Origin: Octopus vulgaris
Taxonomy: Eukaryota
Assembly: GCA_951406725.2 (NCBI GenBank)
Contig: OX597826.1
Span: forward strand, 3,038,001-3,102,000
Direction of reading: 5' to 3'
Length of the DNA: 64,000 nucleotides
Part shown: positions 12,725-27,451 of the stretch, piece by piece
Layout: each line of letters opens with the position of its first letter
Numbering within the stretch: the first letter of the stretch is position 1
Program-made: the position numbers and the translations under genes
The notes under the pieces: model-generated
What the model was told of the DNA's origin: nothing
Database searches by the model: none
Seen by the model: the letters and a program-made list of their open reading frames with translations, nothing else

Positions 12725-12758
<34 letters not shown>

Positions 12759-12787
12759 AATATACATATATATACACAAATTCATAC

Positions 12788-12877
<90 letters not shown>

Positions 12878-13024
12878 GAAATAAATAGATACCTTTAATT
12901 TTCCAACTTTTTGATCTAAGCGTCTTACTGTGTTTTCAGCGGTGTAGAATTTACAATGTAATTATTCTTTTTCATTCCAGCTGCCATTATATTAAAGATT
13001 TTCGAAGTGTAACCATGTACGCTT

Positions 13025-13360
13025 AAAAAATTCAGCAGAACTCTCAGATTTCCAAAGAGGTCATATTGCTGCGCAATCCGAGGCTGACCTTATCCAGCGA
13101 AAAATTGCTACTGTTAATAGAATTATAGTACAATTCAAAAGCCAAGGAAAAGAATCAACAGATTCTCGTCCCGGCCGATCTGGGCCCTCGAAAAGGAAGC
13201 TTCCCTGTTTGAAGGGAATTGTGGAAAACGAACCCCCTTCGAAAGCTTCTATCATTGCAAACAGGAAAGTGTATTACATATCTGCATAAGCTTGGGTTTT
13301 ATGGACGAGCAGCTAGAAAATAACATCTCCTTCAACCAATTAATATCAAATAAAAGATTT
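13025..13360 (+). pseudogene. Tc1-like transposase N-terminal (paired/homeo-like DNA-binding) fragment
   Basis: ELSDFQRGHI...TVNRII...RPGR...YLHKLGFYGRAARK*; internal deletion, frameshift and stops. Confidence 0.8.
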
Positions 13361-13436
13361 TGAAAATTAAAGGTGTTTATTTACTTCCTGCATGTCCGTA
13401 TATATACATACATACATACATATATATGGTTTACTA

Positions 13437-13478
<42 letters not shown>

Positions 13479-13713
13479 TAAATTCATTGTCTTTTGTTAT
13501 ATTTGAATTCGAAGCAGCGAAATCCAGTACCTGTTATCCAACTCCCTTTCACTTCTACATATTTTACAGACAATATATGCAATTATAAAGACCAACGCGT
13601 AAATTTATTTTAAGCATATGTATATGTTCATATATATATGTGGTGTGTTTGTGTGTGTGTGCGCGCGCGCGTGAGTGTGTTTGTATTTATACACATATAC
13701 ATACATGCATATA

Positions 13714-13747
<34 letters not shown>

Positions 13748-14763
13748 CATACATACACACATATATATATATAGATAACTTCATAAGAATTTGGAAAATT
13801 TGCCAACAAAAATAACACTTTGTTTTTTTGTTTACGAGTGTAGAATCTCAAAGCAAATAAATCTATCAACAAAAGCTTGCAAATATTCGGCTAAAAGCAC
13901 TTTGGATGGAAATGTGCTCCTTATAGCACACGATACAATATCTTTCATAATCATGAGAGTTCTTCTGCTATTGGAACAAAGTTATCCTTCAAATTTCCTT
14001 TTCCACTTTAGTGTCTTCATTCTTATCTTCAAGCATAGTATTCTTTTAACAGAATAGTATTCTTTTTAGGAACTTTTGAGGCGAAATGATATTTTAGTTG
14101 AACAGTGAATCTTGAAGCAAGTAACGCTAAAATAGCATCTATATAGCATGTGCGCGCGTGTGTCTTTTGCTTGTCAATATATAATAAACTAATGTAACCA
14201 GTGACGGCTAAGGCTCATTGAAAATCATTAGAAATATATACATCACTTTTAACAGCATAGTGGGTACGAGTTGTCGCTGACCTAGACACAAAGACATAAT
14301 GTTAACTGGAGGAACTTAGATACATTGCTTCAGTTGCAGCTCTTAAGGGATTTTCAATTCTGTTGCTCCACCCTGATCTATGAACAGTAAACTTAAGCAT
14401 GGCGGGATTAGAAATTAGAATTTAACATAGGAGATAGAACGTATTCATTTCTCCAACGTAGAGGTAATTCTGCAAGTGTATGCAGCTTAAAATACTATAT
14501 AAGCGGCGGATTAGTTCATTGTCTGACTGTGATGAGAATTTTGAACTCCTATCGTGTTTCCACACAGTCATACTCCGAAACAATGATTTCTTGTGAACTG
14601 TTAATTGAACAATGCTTTATCTTGCAAACGATCGAGTGACTGTTTGATATCAGATGGTTTACTAAACAATCAGCAATTTTGAAAAATGCAGAGTGTCAGT
14701 ATCGTTATACACAGTATCGTGATTTTAATAGGCATTCATGTAACTTTAATCATAAACGGTCAC

Positions 14764-14822
<59 letters not shown>

Positions 14823-14888
14823 TATAAATATATATATGAATATATGTATGTATATATATGTAAATTCATGTATATATACATGAATATA

Positions 14889-14971
<83 letters not shown>

Positions 14972-14998
14972 TTATATATATATATATATGTATATATA

Positions 14999-15041
<43 letters not shown>

Positions 15042-15302
15042 GTAGGCGAATACGTAAACACAGATGTATTTGAACAGACACGCTGTTAATTAATATAGAA
15101 ATACGTTGAGCATTAAAGAGTCAAGAATTATTATTACTCATCCAAGAACCGATAGATTCAGCATCCTCAAAGGATTACTAACCTACGCATTTGTCATCAA
15201 ATGCAAAACGCAGATTCCCATACACACATGGTAAAGTGACGTTAAATGATGATGATGATGATGCATATAAAACGACACACGCACACACACACACACACAC
15301 AG

Positions 15303-15346
<44 letters not shown>

Positions 15347-15530
15347 ATGTGAATCTATAATAAAAATAATAATAATAATAATGATGATATATATATATAT
15401 ATGGTCACATAAGCTATGCAAATATAGACCTAGTCACTTGTCATCAGATGCAACTCAATACCCAATATTTTACCTACACACACACACACACATATATATA
15501 TACGTATATATGTATGTTTGTAAACGCATA

Positions 15531-15585
<55 letters not shown>

Positions 15586-16242
15586 TATATATATATATAT
15601 ATATATGCATGTATGTATGTATGTATGTCTATATGTATGCATACGCAAATATAAATATTATGATATTTAAAATGAATATAATGAACATATGAACGCAATG
15701 AGTATATAAGCAATCTATTTGATACAACTTCTCCTCTCATCGGCATTTAATGATAGATTTCATTAGATTCAATGCGCATTGAAAGTGTCTCTCCTACAAA
15801 AGTTACATTCTTTCTCATTTCTAATTTATTAGAGGTCATGGCAGATACTGTAGCTCTGTGTACTGAACGCGATTTTAATTCCCAGCCAAATCAATCTCAT
15901 TTCTCTGCCACTAAACACCCTAATGACCGTAGGGAAATTATCAACGTCACACTTTCCCGTTTCCCCTTGTCTGAAATATAAAGGCATTTGCACTTAATCA
16001 AATATAAACTAATACAGCTCCTACCGAAATTTAACTTTCAGTTTACTGCTACTCGTAATGACTTTGTGAAAATATATGCAAATCGCAATTCCCTATTTAC
16101 CTCAGTTATAATTAATAGGGCAAATAAAGCCTTAACGAAAATGAATATCATTTAATTACAAACACCAGATATGAAGAATGGAATAGAAATATATGTCTAC
16201 GTTCTGGCAGTAGTTAAAGCAATAAAAAGGAATGTATATATG

Positions 16243-16298
<56 letters not shown>

Positions 16299-16372
16299 CA
16301 TATAAACATACATACACTCAGACTTAACGTCTCTCTCTTTCTCTCTCTCCACAAACACACACATACACACGC

Positions 16373-16405
<33 letters not shown>

Positions 16406-16433
16406 TTTGTATATGCAAGTTTGCGTGTGTATG

Positions 16434-17062
16434 TACGAGGGAAAGTCAAAAAGTATCCGAACTTTTGCCATAATGTATCTTTATTTTCGTCACACTGTCT
16501 TCTGTGCATGTCTGTTTATAGCTGGTACAATTGTGGTCACGTGATCGAAGTTGAAGTTCGATCGCGCCAATTTTGTTTCTGGTTTTACAGTGTAAGTTTG
16601 GCCTTTCCACTAGCGACGTAGACCAAAGAATAACAAAGAGCAGTGATCCGATTTCTCTGGTCGGAATATGTGTCAGTTCCTGAAATTTATTGGAGTCCTT
16701 TAGCACAACACCGGGACCCTGAACCACTGCGTCTAGAGGCCGGACAAGCGCAACACGCGATGAGGGTGCAGGACACCCGTCAAGGTCCACCACAGAAAGC
16801 TCGAGAGATTGTAATGGTAAACCGGTTCACCATTGCCATCTTTCAGATCATAGCTCTTTGTTCGTCTTTGTTGCACATTGCTAGTGGAGCCGCCATGCTT
16901 ACATTGTAAAGCTAGAAAGAAAACAAAGGCGTTACCGAGTTCAAACTTCGATCACTTGACACCAATAGTACCAATTATAAGCATACATGCACAGAAGTTA
17001 TTGTGATAATAACAAAGATATGTTATGGCGAAAGTTTAGATAATTTTTGACTCCCCCTCGTG
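16434..17062. mobile_element. Non-autonomous mariner derivative with ~200-bp inverted arms made of two transposon 5' ends
   Basis: TIRs tacgagggaaagtcaaaaagtatccgaac / gtttagataatttttgactccccctcgtg; left arm encodes AFPLAT*TKE*QRAVIRFLWSE, right arm (minus) MAAPLAMCNKDEQR. Confidence 0.85.
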
Positions 17063-17074
17063 TGTATATTTGTA

Positions 17075-17155
<81 letters not shown>

Positions 17156-17803
17156 TATTTTAAGTACTTGAGATACATCGATACGAATGATGTAAAAATG
17201 TGCTACATACGAAAAACTGTCTCATCCTGTAAATATGCATATTTCAAATGTGGTCTCTATGTATGTGGAAAATACTAGGTCATCAAATCAGCGTTGAATT
17301 TTTTAAAGTGGAAAGCAAAATGTGTGCAGAGAATGAAGCAATAACCGTTATAAAATGAAAAGAAAAATAAACAAAGGAGTAGGTTAATAATTCGCATATA
17401 ATTAATATACTTAATATCAATAATCATTACAAGCTAACTGGACATAATTATCCCCTGGGGGTAAATAATATAGTTTACTAATTGCATTTTAATTATTTCT
17501 GCATATATTGGAATCAACGTTGATTTCGTTTCGATCTTAAGGATGCATCAAAAAAGAAATTTCCCAGTTAATGCCGAAGGAGAGGCGGAAATACACATTT
17601 CAGAGTAGCTGCGATGTAGGGGCGGGAAATCATCACTTACGTGTTTTGAAATAAATTTATTTAAGCAATGTAAAAATAATTATTCAGTCAACAGAAATAA
17701 CGATTAACTGAGATTATGGGAATGCAATATCATTATGCAGGAAACAAGTATTCAGGCCTGAGGGACATAAGACATGGCGGTTAAAAATTATATGTCATAA
17801 GTA

Positions 17804-17965
17804 GGCGTAGGAGTGGCTGTGTGGTAAGTAGCTTGCTAACAAACCACATGGTTCCGGGTTCAGTCCCACTGCGTGGTACCTTGGGCAAGTGTCTTCTACT
17901 ATAGCCTCGGGCCGACCAAACCTTGTGAGTGGATTTGGTAGAGAGTAACTGAAAGATGCCCGTCG

Positions 17966-18000
<35 letters not shown>

Positions 18001-18105
18001 ATGTATGTGTGTTTATAAGTTTATGTGTCTGTATTTGCCCCCCAAAAAACTTGGCTTGGCAACCGATGCTGGTGTGTTTACGTCTCCGTAACTTAGCGGT
18101 TCGAC
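17804..18105 (+). mobile_element. tRNA-derived SINE family B, 3'-truncated
   Basis: ggcgtaggagtggctgtgtggtaag (A box) ... ggttcagtcc (B box) ... cttgggcaagtgtcttctactatag, internal TA/TG tract. Confidence 0.92.
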
Positions 18106-19354
18106 ACGCATAGAGGAGCAGGAAGTGTTGCGAAGTATGGGTAACATGTCAGAGGGGGAATGGAAAGTATAGACAGAACCTTTGGGGAGGAGATAGTGGT
18201 GAGTGTTTATATTCGATTGTCAGCGTCTGAATAAGTATATGTTTATGTTTGTGTGTTTGTTTGTGATCAAATAGTGTGCACGTGTAAAGATTATATTTGT
18301 AGGCGAAAGCCATCGTTGTCTATGCGTGTCGTGTGTGCTAATGCGTGTTTCGTGTGTGTATATAGTGTTTTTGTACGTATATTGTGTGCTTCTTTCTGTG
18401 TAGGAATGTGCATATATAAATAGCTTGTTTATCATGTAATATATATATATATATATATATGTATCTATCTATCTATAAATATATGTATATATATATACAT
18501 GCGTGCGTGTGAAAGCTGTCAGAGCAAGTGTGCATAACTTAATACAATATGGAAGAATTTGTTTAGACACTCACTATCAATACAGAACGTTTAACCTTGT
18601 TCGAAATATGATTATCTGGGGAAACTCTGGAGCATTCAATCTTCACCATACTATCTTTCTTCATATTCAGACGCAAATTTAAAATACAAGTATAACACAC
18701 CTAATATGGTTTCTTTTAAAAAGGCAGTCATAAAAATATATTAATAATTCATTCTGTCATTTAAATAATTATTTGCTACTGAAACCAAAATACAACTCCG
18801 AATTCCCAATATATTTTTAAGATCCGTCATACTTTTTATTTGTTTCAGAGACACCAACAAAATGAAAGTACTTATAGAAAGACTAGCGTTTTATTTGTCA
18901 CAATGAGATGTGATAAATTTGTTTTTCGATTATTCTATTACTTGTAATCAATTATGCATGAATTATGCATGAAATAATAAGAAAAAAACCAACAAAGTAA
19001 CAGCATTCGATGTTCAGCAAAAGCGATTTGTTTTAACATTCCCAAGCGTTTTATTTCTTCTGGTTTGTACTTTTTTTTTCATTCCATTTGGAAAACTGTG
19101 TTAATATTAATCTTCAGTGCTGCAAACTGATTGGCAAATGTATATATCTTTTTGTAGCACGGAGATTGTACAATAACAGGATGGACAATCTACAAAAAAG
19201 GGCAGCAGAGATAAACTATGCAATACTACCATAGATGAACACCGTAAAATACTATATAAGCTTATATATGTATATGCACCAGAGTGGCTGAGCAGAAAAC
19301 TGTTTGCCTCCTAAACACATAGTCCCGTGTCTTGATACACAACGTGCATCTAGA

Positions 19355-19581
19355 TTTATTTCAGTGATTTGACTGCGGCCATGCTGGAGCAGCGCCTTTA
19401 GTCGAACAAATCGACTCCAGAACTTATTCTTTGTAAGCCTAGTGCTTATCCTATCGGCCTCGTTTGCCGAACCGCTAAGTTACAGGGACGTAAACACGCT
19501 AGAGTTGGTTCTCAAGAGATTGTGGCGGGACAAACACAGCTACACAAACTTATGCACACGCATACACACACACAGACACAT

Positions 19582-19612
<31 letters not shown>

Positions 19613-19797
19613 TATATATATATATACGTATGCATATACAAGACATGATTCTTTCAGTTTCACTCTACCAAATCCATTCACAAGGCTTTGGGCGGCCCGA
19701 TGCTATAGTAAGAAGATACTTGCCCAAGGTTCCACACAGTGGGACTGAACCTGGAACCATGTGATTGGTAAGCAAACTACTTACCACACCAACTCCT
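19355..19797 (-). mobile_element. tRNA-derived SINE family B, near full length
   Basis: reverse complement colinear with 26316-26785 from head to tail. Confidence 0.92.
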
Positions 19798-20004
19798 AAT
19801 TAATAATTTAGAAACAATGGAAAGAATGCAATTAGTTTGCAGTATTGTCGAAACTTCAGTTCATTGGGTGTACGAAGAGTTGAACAGAAGATCTAAATGT
19901 AGAAATATAATATAGAAATAAATGTAGAAGGAAAAATATAAAAATGAAGTTTCCAGCGTGGGTAATGAGACACTGCCTTGAAGTTGTTTATTTGAATACA
20001 TATA

Positions 20005-20385
20005 TACCGGTACTTATTTTGTAAGTTTTCTACAAATTCTAACGTTCTCTATTGACGAACCGCTACGTTACATGAGGGTAAATATTCCAACATTTGTCAT
20101 GCATTATGAGGGAAAGAAAAACACAAATATAATCCCATCTAATACAAATATATACACATACGTGTATGTATATCCATACGCACGTATGTATCTATCTATC
20201 TAATATATATATATATATATTTATGACGGGCTTCCTCTTAGGTTCCGTCTACCAAATTCATTCTATAGGCATTGGTCGAATCGAGGCAATCGTATATGAC
20301 TCTTGTCCAAGTTTCACACAGTGGCAATGTGGCCGGAGACGTATACACAAAGCGACCTTTTCACACACTGAGCCATATCTGTTTC
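20005..20385 (-). mobile_element. SINE family B, heavily decayed
   Basis: gacgaaccgctacgttac, gacgggcttc..ttccgtctaccaaattca, cttgtccaag recognisable in order. Confidence 0.65.
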
Positions 20386-22027
20386 CATACATTTGTGTAC
20401 GTATGTATTCTCTTTCTCTATACGTAATGAATTGTAATGTTGGTGAATATTATTGGCATTGCCGTTCGGTTTAAAACGAATGACAATTTCACATTTCAAA
20501 GTAATATTACGTAATAGTGCCACATCTAATATAGTTCATCATGCTATGATAAATATATGTCACCTTATAGTAACGTAATTAACTCAAATACTATTATATA
20601 CAAGAATCTTGTGTAACTTGCCATCGAATACGAATAATAATAGCGGCACACTGATCTGTTATTATGGTATGTCCAAAATATATACACACTTCCAAATGTA
20701 TATAGATGTTTACACTAGTCTTCCTCATAAGTTTTGCTACCATATACATTATAGAATGAAAAGAAAATGTCATTAGCTCACCAGTCACTAATGGGACGAT
20801 TAGTCGTTGAATCATTTACATATCACTGGAACTGACTTGATTTCATGCTTTCCGTATGCATATTCATAGAAAACACAAACAAACAAACACACACACACAC
20901 ACATATATTTATACGTAAACATTGATCATAAAGCACGAGAGGAAGAATTCAACGGAGAGTGTTAGTTGAAATTCAAAGAAAATTTAGAAATATTAGTAAG
21001 AATTATGAATAAAGGTACGAGTAACAAGAACTGAGCAGAGGGAGTTCTGAAATTAATGAATGAAATGGAGCGAGGTGGAACGATACAGAAGAATGCAACG
21101 AAGAAAGAATGAGCGTTGCTGAAAGAAGGAAAATTCCAACGAAGATGATAAGCAAGGATAATTGTTGAGTTTAGAAGGGGTAAAAAATAGGAAAGGAAAA
21201 CGTCCCCAACAAAATACGACAGAAGAGAATAGAAAACAATTCTAAGAAAATAATCAAAGGAATATGGAGGAAACCGCAGTATATTAACGATTGGAATGAG
21301 GCACAACATGTGCCGCGTTCAGTGTTAGTAGGTTTAAAGAATTTGAAATAAAATGTTTAAGTCTATGTAAGGAAAGAAAACGTATATGTTTCCGTTAATA
21401 CCGTTTGATATTTCCACAAAAGCAAACTTGAAATAAGTTCTCCATATTCGCGGCGGCTTATTTTTTTCAAATATCTTAAGAAAATTATAGCAACCACCAA
21501 TTTTGATTTGTCAAAACAGATTGCGTTGCATTAATTTTAGGCAACGTTTATCTTGGGCCACATTTATCCGAAATGCGCACAGAAATGAATACGTCGCTCT
21601 CACTCTCTCCCTTCCAATCTCCAACTATGTAAGTATATATATGTGTAAAAGTAGCGAGATAGATGCATGAATATTTATGTACGTATATATATACATATAT
21701 AAACTTCTGTGTATCACACTAATTCCTATATTTGCTCTGTACATCACAACTGGTAACACTACTAAGTACAGTAACAACCAAACTACGTTACCGGAAGTCG
21801 ATTTGATAATCATAGTCTACGTCGAGCTCTGAATTATGCAATTAACTGAATGAGTCATGCAATTAATTGTACCATCGGCAACTTTTATCAATCTATATAT
21901 CTATCTATCTATCTATCTATATGTCTATCTATCTATCTATCCGTGTAACTCTCTCTCTCTCTCTCACTTTGTCTCTCACTCTCTATATATAAATATATAT
22001 ATATTTATATATATATATGTATATATG

Positions 22028-22089
<62 letters not shown>

Positions 22090-22504
22090 AATTGCTGAAA
22101 TATATATAAAGACATATGGTTAGGTATAGGCTCATAAAACACAAACACAAACACTCACACACATACACAAGGTTCAGCTAAAAGATATTTTCGAATTTTC
22201 CCTGATGATTTTGGAAGGCTGTGTGTACCCCATTGTTATATATACGTCATTAGACTGAATACATTTAGGTGCATGTTTTTTACCACTCATTTATTGCCGG
22301 ATTGTTACAACACTAATTATTGGCAACAAGTTACACTAACAGTGAGATTAGACATACTGAAACTCTATGATATATATATACCATAGAGAAATCTGCATAA
22401 TGTACTCCTTATTCCTTCGGAATTAGGAATATGTAGCCTTCGAAACACATGTCGAAAATAAAGGAAATTTGTTAACAAGTCGTTCAACTCCATTCTTTCA
22501 TAAA

Positions 22505-22549
<45 letters not shown>

Positions 22550-22914
22550 TTGTTCCTCCGTGAATATGTATGAGGAAGTGTCTGTATTATGAATGTGTGA
22601 GGGTCATTTCTGGACGGGAATGACGACGAAAGTGAGACAAAGCGTGTAGGAAAATGGCGAGAAGTATACAACTGCTTGCTCGTACGTAGTTTAGAATGAA
22701 AAGTGAGAGATAGAAACTAAAATTGCGAGTAAATGAGTGAGGGAGGGAGCGTAGGACTGACACAAGACATGAGAAAATCATCGCTATAGTAGGTTTCCTC
22801 AATAACGAATAGATTCCCATTTAATCATACGAGGTTAAATTGATTTCACCTATTTGCACATTTCTAGTTTCACTTTTTATTCGCCATTTGTACCGAAGCC
22901 CCCTTCCCCGCACA

Positions 22915-23035
<121 letters not shown>

Positions 23036-23193
23036 GTGTGTGTGTCTGTGTATGTGTGTCTGCGTGTTTACAAATGTATACGTAGATTTGTATTTGTCTA
23101 TATAAACATAAATATATATACATATATAACATATGTATACACACATAGACATATATATATATATATTCAAAAGCACATGCGCACGCACACAGC

Positions 23194-23234
<41 letters not shown>

Positions 23235-23552
23235 TCATAGTTTTGAATTGATAGTAAAATAGTATTGTTAGACAAGGGAATGTAAAAGACTATCATTGCA
23301 ACAGAACGCCCAACGTAGCAATCTCCTATAATAGATTCAATAGACGACATTGGAAAATACTGTTAATGGCATCCGACCTTTCAATTAATAGAGTGATTCA
23401 TATGGTTATAAATGGCAATATTTAGGCTAACGTAATTTGAAAACAACAACAAAACGAAAAAACATGACTAAAAAAATGAGTAAAAATGAAACCTGAACCG
23501 AAAACAGTATTATTATGATTGCTTCATATTAGTTTTCATTTTCGTTTCCGCT

Positions 23553-23613
<61 letters not shown>

Positions 23614-23638
23614 GATACATATATATATATACATATAG

Positions 23639-23683
<45 letters not shown>

Positions 23684-23693
23684 GTACATATAC

Positions 23694-23741
<48 letters not shown>

Positions 23742-23931
23742 ATATATATATATATATGTGTGTATGTATTTATACATGCTATTATGTATATATAGATATA
23801 CATGCATATACATATACCTATATATATATATCGATAGAAACACGACTAAATATGTATATATATATTCATATATACATACATATAAGTGTATATATATAAA
23901 TAAATATATATATATATATAAATATATGTTG

Positions 23932-23967
<36 letters not shown>

Positions 23968-24688
23968 ACGCATTTATATATACATATATGCAGGCATAGG
24001 TATCTATACATATACAAACGCTCATACACATATATATATACGAATATATACGCATATTTGTTTGTACATATATTTTAATTACAAATGACAATAGAAACAT
24101 ACTATAGATGTAAATATGTATCTATGCATACTTATGTGTGTGTATAGGAATACCAGTGCGTTTACGAGACTATTTCATTACGATTATCTTTACGTGCGTG
24201 AATTTGCTTGTATGTTAATATTTGTCCAGAGCACTATGGGTTAAGAAATATTCATGGAACCCCACTGGGAATAATAGAACTTGTAGAATACAGGAAAACA
24301 CTTCAATAACATAGAAACTACAGTCGTAGTTCATCGTTGATTCATCTTTGAAATGATTACACACAGTGCAGAGTGACATACAAACTTGGAGATCAGGCAT
24401 GGGCAACCAATAAAATGGCCGTACATCACGCCTGGGTCGTGAGGTTTTGTTCTTGTGGTGCATAATCGTGTATATATATAAGTCTAAAGGCATGCATACA
24501 CGTATACATTATATACACATTTATATATATATTTATATATATATATATATATATAAATTGCATGTATATATCCATGTATGTATACAAACCCAGAGACAAA
24601 CGTACCAACACACACACATGCACACACATACTCACGCTTACGAAGTATGCGTAAGATATTTGAGGACAGATTTATGTTTATAAAAGAA

Positions 24689-24726
<38 letters not shown>

Positions 24727-24729
<3 letters not shown>

Positions 24730-24926
24730 TCCCGGGTTGAGTCGGGGTTAACCACAGTTAATAAGGTACTCAATACATAGCAGAGTAAATTAATTTATTT
24801 TATAGAAGGAGCTTCTACAGGACTAGAACTGTTTCATTCAAATGAAATCTTCAGGAAGCTTCCTGAAGATTTCATTTGAATGAAACAGTTCTAGTCCTGT
24901 AGAATCTCCTTCTATAAAATAAATAA

Positions 24927-24930
<4 letters not shown>
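24727..24930 (-). mobile_element. Palindromic hammerhead-bearing element (Penelope-like pLTR derivative), copy 1
   Basis: 66-bp unique tail plus 132-bp palindrome 24793-24924 (one mismatch), centre AAGCTT; (TA)n on both sides; near-identical inverted copy at 27381-27582. Confidence 0.85.
24810..24860 (-). ncRNA. Minimal type-I hammerhead ribozyme motif (CUGAAGA core)
   Basis: minus strand AGCTTC-CTGAAGA-tttcatttgaat-GAAA-CAG-ttctagtc-CTG-TA-GAAGCT; helix I 6 bp, helix III 3 bp + A-U, GUA triplet; U.U closing helix II is atypical. Confidence 0.65.
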
Positions 24931-24987
<57 letters not shown>

Positions 24988-24988
<1 letters not shown>

Positions 24989-26162
24989 ACAAATAACTTC
25001 ATTTATCAAAAAATGCTATCTATCAAGATAGAAATAAACCTTCTTTTCTATAATGTTAATCAATAAAACCACCTTCATATTCAACAACTACTTCTATAGG
25101 AAATCTAAATCATCTACATGCTTAAATCATGTGGTCCTGTTGCATTTTGGACATTACTTAGTCTATTACAGCTTTCAATTAATATTTGATGTTATGGACG
25201 TGTTTATCGATCTCTCTCAACAATACCCCACGTTTGATAGTCCAATGGATTGAAATCTGGGGATTTAGGAGGCCAAATATTAGGAGTAATATGATCATGA
25301 ACATTTTCATCCATCCATTCCTGTGTTACTAGAGCTATGTGTAATAGTGTAGAGACTTACTGAAACACATATTGCCTTCCATTGCATACACACTCTGTTT
25401 ATCCTGGGTTTAGCAATTATTTCCAGGACTTCTGTGTAAACGGCATAATTAATTCAAACGCCTTGTGGAAAGAAGTAAGAAGGCATTACATGTCCTTCAT
25501 TGCTGACAAACCCAAAATCCATGAGTTGCAGGGAAATTTTAAATGCATAACACTTGGAACTTCAGAAGGGTCTGCCCTTCACCATCTGTCATTTACTCTT
25601 TTACCTTTTTGAAGTTTTTTCTCGCTTGAGAAACACCAAATCAAATCTTCAAAGCTTGTTAGATCTCATGTAATGATTTTCTTTTGCTTTTTTCTGACCA
25701 ATTGACCTTTCCTCATTATATAAGTCTTATATCTGATGTCTTCGTAGACAACATTTTTGACTGTTCCTTCTGACACATAGAGATCATTTACAACTGACCT
25801 CACGATCTTTCTGGGATTGTAATCAATGGGCTGTTGAACTTGCTGGATCAATACGGATGTTCTAGTGACTTCAGAACTTTTAGAATGTTTTTATGCTTAG
25901 ATACTGGTGATGCGTTTCCATTTTCAGGCTCTAGCGCCTTACAAACTTCGTAGATGAAAGATGTGGCAACTTTTAAAAGGCGAGATACATGTACATCGCT
26001 CAGTCTTTATAACCACAATAACAGCATGGCTCTTCATTTCTTGTGTAAGTTGAGGGTCTGCCATTATTATTTTCTGGAAAAAAAAAGGATTATACAGAGT
26101 TAGCGAAAATGCAGCAATAACCCGAAAAAGGTATGTCCTCGAATAATTTACGCACCCTTTAT
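24988..26162 (-). mobile_element. Decayed maT (DD37D) Tc1/mariner-superfamily transposon
   Basis: minus strand GRQYVFQ*VSTLLH...HDHITPNIWPPKSPDFNPLDY with 37 residues between the expected second-D position (mutated to V) and the third D; N-terminal MADPQLTQEMK and ...VSEGTVKNVVYEDIRYK; terminus aaagggtgcgtaaattattcg near 26160. Confidence 0.85.
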
Positions 26163-26315
26163 ATGTCTCTGTGTGTATGTATAGGTACATCTTATGTGTT
26201 TGTGGGCATTGTTTTTCCGACAAATACAATGTACTTCAATTTAGTTTCAAACATTATGCTATCGGCTGCGACTCAAGTTTCATCTGGAAAACAAGAGAAA
26301 TTAAGATACATCTTC

Positions 26316-26785
26316 GCGCAGGAGTGGGTGTGTGGCAAGTAGATTACTTACCAACCACATCGTTCCGGTTTCAGTCGCACTGAGTGGCACCTTGGGCTAC
26401 TGCCTTCTACTATAGTCTCGGGCCGACCAAAGCCTTGTGTGTGGATTTGGTAGACGGAAACTGAAAGAAGCCTGTCATATATTTGTGTGTGTGTGTGCGT
26501 GTGTATGTGTGCGTGTGTATGTGTGTGTATGTGCGTGTGTGTGTGTGTGTGTGTGTATGTGTGCGTGTGTGTGCGTGTGTGTGTGTTTGTGTGTCCGTGT
26601 TTGTCCCTCCACCTTCGCTTGACAACTGATATTGGTATTTTTACGTCCCTGTAACTTAGAAGTTCGGCAAAAGCTACCGATAGAATAAGTACTAGGCTTA
26701 CAAAGAATAAGTCCTGGGGTTTATTCGTTAGACTAAAGGCGGTGCTCCAGCATGGCCGCAGTCAAATGGCTGAAAGAAATGAAAC
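26316..26785 (+). mobile_element. tRNA-derived SINE family B, full length
   Basis: head gcgcaggagtgg..., internal (TG)n, tail ...gactaaaggcggtgctccagcatggccgcagtcaaatggctgaaa. Confidence 0.92.
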
Positions 26786-27327
26786 GATTATGAGGTAATT
26801 TCAGAGGACGCAATATGCATAGATTACTTATAATGGTTACTTATAAGGACAAAAATGATTTTATTTAATACACATACTTATACAATAGTGTCAGCGGTGT
26901 TTTGTCAATTATCTCCCGAACGATGAAATTCAAACAGAATATCGTAAAGAACTCAAATTTTGGCGGAAAGCCAGCAAGTTCAGGGAAGTGGGTATGTTGA
27001 TTACCAGTCACTGATTCCTATGGTAGATTCTATATACACTGACAAGTTAAATTTACGTTCATCACCCGCGGTGGCGTGAGCCATACAGATGAGCATTAAT
27101 TACAATGCGAAACCGCCATGCCACTCTGACACCACTCACTTACGGTGGGCAGGTCAAGATGTAGAAAATGAGCTTATGTCCTAAAGTATCTTTGGTTCTT
27201 ATTTCTGCCAATGCTGGTGGCCCCTAGAACCTTCGTCGTGTTTTACTGATGGTGAATTATGTCCTTTTATGTAATATATTGCGTCTAGCCACTTTCATTA
27301 TTTTCACATATGTATGTCTGTGTGTGA

Positions 27328-27385
<58 letters not shown>

Positions 27386-27400
27386 TTATTTTATAGAAGG

Positions 27401-27451
27401 AGCTTCTACAGGACTAGAACTGTTTCATTCAAAAGAAATCATCAGGAAGCT
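27401..27451 (-). ncRNA. Mirror hammerhead motif on the minus strand of copy 2
   Basis: follows from the perfect palindrome; identical to 27448-27498. Confidence 0.65.

Noticed and set aside
22202-22230. CTGATGA as a hammerhead core
   Set aside because: No stem II-GAAA or helix I partner nearby
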